Source: the human T2T-CHM13v2.0 reference genome, Homo sapiens. From it: DNA of 64,000 nucleotides. The notes beneath the pieces were generated by a model. It was not told where the DNA came from, did not search any database, and was given only the letters and a program-made list of their open reading frames with translations. Positions 57,981 to 64,000 of this stretch are shown piece after piece. The translations under genes were made by a program, and so were the position numbers. Where the stretch lies: assembly GCF_009914755.1 (NCBI RefSeq), contig NC_060929.1; one strand, given 5' to 3'. Every line of letters begins with the position of its first letter. The stretch's first letter is position 1.

Positions 57981-59338
57981 CAGTCTTCCAGTTTATTTTC
58001 TGTGTCCTTTTTGAATTATGTGAAACCTATTCTTTGCTCAATATGCAAATAATAATCAGTATTTTATTGTAATATAAACTTTTCAGACCATAAAATTCTT
58101 CAAATTAATGTTTTATTTGCATCTCAGCGTTTTACATGTAATATTTCTTTTTGCTTTTAAATATTTTTTAATTTTCACTAAAATTTCTTTGTGTGTATAT
58201 CCATAGCTGTTTAGAAATATGCTTCTAAATTTTCAAGTGAATGTGTTTCCTTTTACCATTATGTTACTGATGTCTGACTCAATACAGAAAATATGGTTTA
58301 ATACATAATTTATTTTATTTATAAGGGAACCTTAAAGCATTTGCTTTGAAGAGGCAGCAAGAGTGATAGGCTTGGTTTATTAAATATAACATATTTATAA
58401 TGAATGAAGGGCTCTTTTTCCATAAACGAAAAACTTGAGAATGTTAACATACTAATGAATGAAGCAGGAAAGTATGAGACGGAAATTGGGTGGTCTGATT
58501 TCCCGGAGCTGTAGGTGATGAATCCCCCAGATTTTGTTGAGCGGTCTTAGAAGGGAGTAGGGGAACCTCCTTCATTGTAACAAGAGAGTGAAGAAAAATG
58601 TGTGTTACTGTAGGAAACTTCGTTGGTTGAGAATTTACAGAATTGATCACTATTTTCTGAAAAATATAAAGCAAAACTGTCTAGTAAAGTAGATGGCAGG
58701 GATTAGTAGGAAGTTTGAGAAAACTAAAAAATATATGAAATTTTTCCTTAGAAAATAGCAAAATGGGAAACTTTTAGAAGTCTGTTAGACAGTTAGCTCT
58801 AGTAGCTAAAATGGGTCTCCATTAGTGATCTCTATGGGATCTCAGAATAAACTGTAAGCAACTTTCCACAGACTCTCATCTAAAATTGTTGTTGAAAATT
58901 GGGAGTAACTGTCCTCAAATCCCTATCCAAATTATATATAGTCCATTGTTTCCAGTTCCAGGTCCTTGGGGGTACATCCTTAATGCTCCATTCCATGCCG
59001 CCTGGCACAAGAACAATTTATATCTTTTCTTTAAAGAGAGAATTTCATTCTGGAAATGCTGAGCAGGTCTTAGTTAGTAGACTCTAGTTATATAAATTCA
59101 GAAATATTGAAGGCATTCCATTTCCAAGATTTAATTTAGGATTCAAACTTTTTATTTAGCATGCACATTACACAGGTCTCAGTTTTGTAACTAAGTGCTC
59201 TTTCTACTTTAAAATCATTGTTGGCTTCAGTGCTGCCCCCAAATATCAGATTTATTTTGTGTTCACACCACCGTTTAGATCCCAAACACTCCTTAAGTTT
59301 GTGAATTTGTAATTCCTTTTTCCTGCTTTTGTCTATGT

Positions 59339-59340
<2 letters not shown>

Positions 59341-59372
<32 letters not shown>
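59341..59372. repeat. (CA)n microsatellite
   Basis: direct read. Confidence 0.97.
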
Positions 59373-59376
<4 letters not shown>

Positions 59377-59620
59377 TCTGCCAGTTGAAACAGTATCCAC
59401 TCACAAAACATGTGACAAATAATCTCCCAGTTGAAGTCTGAGATCCTTGACTACCATAGACACTTATGAATAATCAAACTGTACAATATTTTATTACAGG
59501 TCTCAAATGGTTTGCCTATTTTATCCATATTGATTGTTTTCTTCTAGTGATCTCAAAGTAGGTGATTAAAAACCTAAGGTATACATTGTTGGTGATATTT
59601 TGTATGCTCTTCTGGAAAAA

Positions 59621-59738
59621 AAGGTGATCAACAGTCCAGGACTGAGTTTTTCCCAGAATTAAGGGGTTCCCAAGATGTGAGATTATCAGTTTTAAAAATG
59701 GAATAATCCTGGGAAAATTGAGACAATTGTTTATCCTA
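59621..59738. mobile_element. MER81-like hAT-Blackjack MITE
   Basis: AGGTGATCAACAGTCC..GGGGTTCCCAAGATGTGAGATTATCAGTTTTAAAA..TCCTGGGAAAATTGAGACAATTGTTTATCCTA. Confidence 0.65.
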
Positions 59739-62589
59739 TCTGAAAGCCAAACTAGATTCAAAGTTTGGGTTATCTAGATTTCTAGCCAGAATTCAATGTT
59801 TCAAACAGTTTGTCATTATTTAATTTTTTACTTATATTCATAAATGTGGAAGTTCCTCTAGTGTGTTCTGTCTTACAAGTTAGTCTCACAAGTTTTGTAC
59901 AATATGCATTTTAAATGAGGTATATTTAAAAAAATGTAAGAAGCTAGCTTGGAGAAGTAATACTTCCTCAATAAAACTCTATTTGCTTTTATGTATACGA
60001 ACATTTACAGAGAATGACATCTTAAAAAGTCTGGAAATAATTTGAGGTTACAGGCCATGAAACTTCATGCTTTAGGTCTAAAATAAAATGTCAAAATACT
60101 TCACCAGGTTTTTCAGACACAAAATAAAATAGGACAAATGAATGATTTGGGGGAATTTGAGATGAAGGATATTATCTGAATAATACAAGCAGAGAACAAA
60201 AGTGGAACTTTTTTAATTAAAGTTTTTTTCACACAGTTATGTTAATTTCTTTGGTTTGGACTTTAATAATACTTTAATAATGCACTAAATTAGAATATAG
60301 CACAGGTGATTGTGGAAATAAGTATTTTATTGTAAGGTTTCAGGGGCATATTCTAATGTATTAAAATGGTCTCAACTTCTTTGTCTAATATCCCACATTT
60401 GATGTTACACGAGGAGTAGGTGCAAATTTTGATGGAACACAAAGGAGCAAGTGAGAAAGTAGGCATTTTCCATAAAGTAAATGGGCAAATTTTTTAGCAT
60501 GAGATATCAATTTTTGAAAACTTAAAGCATAAGAGAAGGGGGCATATTTACAGGTAAATAGTCAAATCTACTTGGTGATTTTGGTCCAAGTAGAACGGAA
60601 AAAAACCAATTTGCACAGAATGTAGTCTAACTTCTATTACACAAGTATGTTTCTGGACACTGTGGCCTAGTGAGAAAATATTTTGCAGACATGGAGATGC
60701 ATGTATATCACTGAGAGATGGGGATAAACTGTTAGAAATAAACCAGCAATGATATTTTAAAACATCTTTGTTTTCCCACATAGTAATTAAAGCAAAGAGT
60801 TACTACTGTTCCTAGAAAGAACAGGAGGATGGTATCGCTATGTTTTCCTGGGAATACAATCTGTGTGGACACGGTCTGAAGATTTCCCAAAGGGGATTCA
60901 TGACTTTTGAGAAGAAAGTCTAAACAAAATTACTCTCCTTTGATACAGGAGAATGAAGGAAGGTGAGAAGATCAATTACTTAGCATGTTCACAAAGACTG
61001 TACAATCAGAGGAGTGGTTTCTTGATAATGACAGGCTCCTGTGACAAGGCCTTCAAAGCACATCAAGGGGTTGATTGAGCTGCTGGAGCAGGCAGGCATA
61101 TGTGGTTAGCTTTCTTTGTAAAAGAACAATGGAAACTGGTGTCACCAGGTGACTTACCTAATTTTCACCTGTTTCCCCAGATGGGAGTGAAAGAATGGGG
61201 GGCGGGCGCGGGTAGGTAGAGGTAGAGTCAGCAGCAACTGCCTTGCTCTTCTCTCCCTCCCCCATCTATCCCTGTTTTGTCTGACAGAGGGCAGATTAGG
61301 GCAGCTGAAGGAGTTAGAGGGACTCATGTTTTATAATAAACCTTCCCTGCTCTGTGGATTTGTCCACAAAGTTAATATGATTTATGCTGGATGGTAAGTT
61401 TAATTTGTGCTTTTAAATATGGATCAAGGACTTCATAGATTCCTTCCTCTAATCAACATTTATGGAGCACCTCATCAGAACCTGGCACTGTGCTAGGTGG
61501 ATTTTTGTAAAAACTGAAGATAGAAGGATTTTGAAATAGGTTTCATTCTATTTTGTCCATTTAGACTTTACCAGTAGCTATTAATTCTGATAATAAAGGG
61601 CAAGAAAAACAGAACATTGCTCTCCTCTCCCTAACTGCCCCCCCATTTCCCATGATGTATGTTTGACATTTCCATGATTATTAAAGTTTGAATAATGAAA
61701 TATTTGGGGATTTGTGCATATTTCCCCCTTTACCTGCTAATTTTTAATGAGTAGTCAAATTAAGACATGACGGGGCAAGGGCTATGTTGCGAGAAGGTTC
61801 TGTATTATTTAAAACTGAATTATTCTGTTCCTAAATCTGGAGGACCTCACAACATGGAGGCTGTTTTATCTAAATCTAGAGAGTACTTCTGGAAGTTTCT
61901 TGAAAGCCCAATTTTTCTTCCTTTTTCGTATTAATTTGTTTATAACACTGCCAAATACATTGATTTATCCTCTTACCTACTGTCAAAGCAGCCCAGCTCT
62001 GATGTTGAACATGGGCCATTTCAGGTAATCTATCATAAAATGGCTCAACAATGCCAAGTTTCTTTAAACCCCTTTCTGAATGTGTTTTCTTACTCAAAAG
62101 CAACTGCTTTGTGGAGTGACCCCTGCACCTGGTGTGTCAAGATTCAATAACTAATTGAATACACAGTGATTTCGGTTCTCCACCTGAGACAGCACTGATA
62201 ATGAAATGGAGACCTATCTCAGACAGCAGAACCTATAAATTAGCTTAGTAGTCCATCAATCTAAGCCCTGTCAAAAAAAAATGAGAGAAAGAGAAAAAAA
62301 GAATAACTGTTAGAAAATTATACCCTTCCACATTTGTATCCAACAAGCAAATAATCATCAGCACACTGAATCTGTGTTAGGAAGGGGAATAAATATAGCC
62401 TTCTATTAAAATCCTTAGCACATAGAAAGAAATGAAAGCACTTACTTGGGCTGAACACATTTTATTTAACAATGAAGGTCTAAATCCCAATTTTATCTTC
62501 ACTGTCATGAGTACTCCCTATTTTTATATATAATAGGTACTATTGTACAAAATATATGCTCCTTACAGTATAAGGGTGAGGCAATCTAA

Positions 62590-62987
62590 CAAATCTGATG
62601 CTTCAGGTGAGTTGCCAGAGACACAGGCTCTGAAATAAAGTTTAGTATGCGTAAAGTTTATTAGGAAATGTCCCAGGAAGGGAATGAAGGTGGATCATGT
62701 GGAGGAAGAAGCTGGGCTCCAGTGCAGGAATACCAAAACCTCAGCCTCCTTCATGAGGAGCCTGATGTTTGGATTTACCCTCCAAGTTGCCCAGATTTGG
62801 GATCAGACTCATATACTTGAACAGTCCTTGTATGAATGCTGCTCCAAGGAGGCACCATGACATTGGCCGTGGAGTCTCAGAGTGGGCTTGGGCATCAAAG
62901 GCTTAGCTGAGAGCACTTTCTACACTGTAGGGAACAATCTTGGGACTCCTGGAAAGCGGGCCTGAACACAGCACAGTGTTCACTACA
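62590..62987 (-). mobile_element. LTR16-family ERVL solo LTR
   Basis: GAGACACAGGCTCTGA..AAGTTTATTAGG (AATAAA on minus)..ACCTCAGCC..CACAGTGTTCACTACA. Confidence 0.6.
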
Positions 62988-63394
62988 TCAGGAAAGTGAC
63001 AGCTGTCACAAGCTACGGTAAGCATCCAGACAGATTCAGGAATAAAACAAAGAGTTCAGGAGAAATCTGGGTAGTTAACTGTTGTATTTCTTCCCAGAAT
63101 AAGTGCTACTGAAACCCCTTGAACGTGAATGTCCCACTGTTAATTTCCTGATTTTTTTTATTCTTTAGGCATTCTTTGGTAAGATGAAGTAGTTTGACTC
63201 TACATAGGCATATCATAAATTTCACATGAGAGTTTAACAAAGAGAGGTTTTTAATAACATCCTCCAGAGCAGAGTGTACGTAAGCTCAGAAAATGGTCAG
63301 TCACAGGTGTCATCACCTTCCCAGGGTTGTTTGTTGTTGTTCATGGAATATTCTGGAAAGAAATAGGTAAGCTACTACAGACCACGCAGGTTGG

Positions 63395-63767
63395 TTTTGT
63401 GGACTGAATTCTGTCCCTTGCCAAAATCCATACGTTGAAGCCCTAATCCCCAAAATGACTGTATTTGAAGATAGGACCATTATGGAGGTAATTAAGTTTA
63501 AATGATATAAAAAAGGTGATGCCCTAATCCAATATAACTGGCGTCTAAGAGGAGGATGAGCTACCACAGTTCTAGTTCTCTCTACATGAGCACGGAGGAA
63601 GGAAGGCCACGTGAGGATACAGCGAAGATGTTTATTAGACCAGAAACTGATTTGGTCAACACATCAAGCATGGACTTCTAGCCTCCAGAGCTGTGAGAAA
63701 ATATTTCTGTTGTTTAAGCCAGACTATCTGTACAATTTCATTATGGCAGCCCAAGCAGACTAATATA
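63395..63767 (+). mobile_element. MLT1A solo LTR
   Basis: GGACTGAATTCTGTCCC..GTTGAAGCCCTAATCCCC..GGACTTCTAGCCTCCAGAGCTGTGAGAAAA..GCAGACTAATATA; TSD GTTGG/GCTGG. Confidence 0.9.
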
Positions 63768-63888
63768 GCTGGTTACATGGTTAGCAAATAGAGGGGCCAT
63801 CAGTTTAGTCTCTTTGCACTACATAAAACTGGAGATAATGAATAAAGAAAGACAACTTGCATGTAAAAACAAGTTACAGGAGTTTGAA

Positions 63889-63924
63889 TAGTTGACATAA
63901 ATTAGTTGACATGAAATAGTTGAC
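63889..63924. repeat. 14-bp tandem repeat with TAGTTGAC core, about 2.5 copies
   Basis: tagttgacataaattagttgacatgaaatagttgac. Confidence 0.8.
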
Positions 63925-64000
63925 TATTACAAGCATAGGCAGTTAACTGGTGCTTTAGAAGAAAATTATATTACAGGATGCGAAAACCTTCTCAAAGGAA

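Overview
Primate (human-like) AT-rich, CpG-depleted, repeat-dense genomic DNA with no intact protein-coding gene that I can support. Much of it is recognisable transposon relic: L1PA/L1PB/L1M, Alu, MaLR/ERV LTRs, Tigger/hAT elements, and many decayed L2/MIR pieces. It holds three retroposed mRNA copies. (1) At 124-604 (-) is a processed PTPRD fragment whose 5' end is an MST (MaLR) LTR segment, apparently joined at the LTR splice donor to the first base of a PTPRD exon, with an LTR-supplied in-frame ATG. This looks like a fossil of an LTR-initiated, N-terminally truncated PTPRD transcript and is the most interesting item. (2) A ~630-bp polyadenylated, TSD-flanked orphan 3'UTR-like insert sits inside ORF2 of a full-length L1PB. 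(3) A near full-length RPL7L1 processed pseudogene was later hit by an Alu. Repeat subfamily names and PTPRD exon boundaries are recalled from memory and need RepeatMasker/BLAT confirmation; old-repeat boundaries are approximate.
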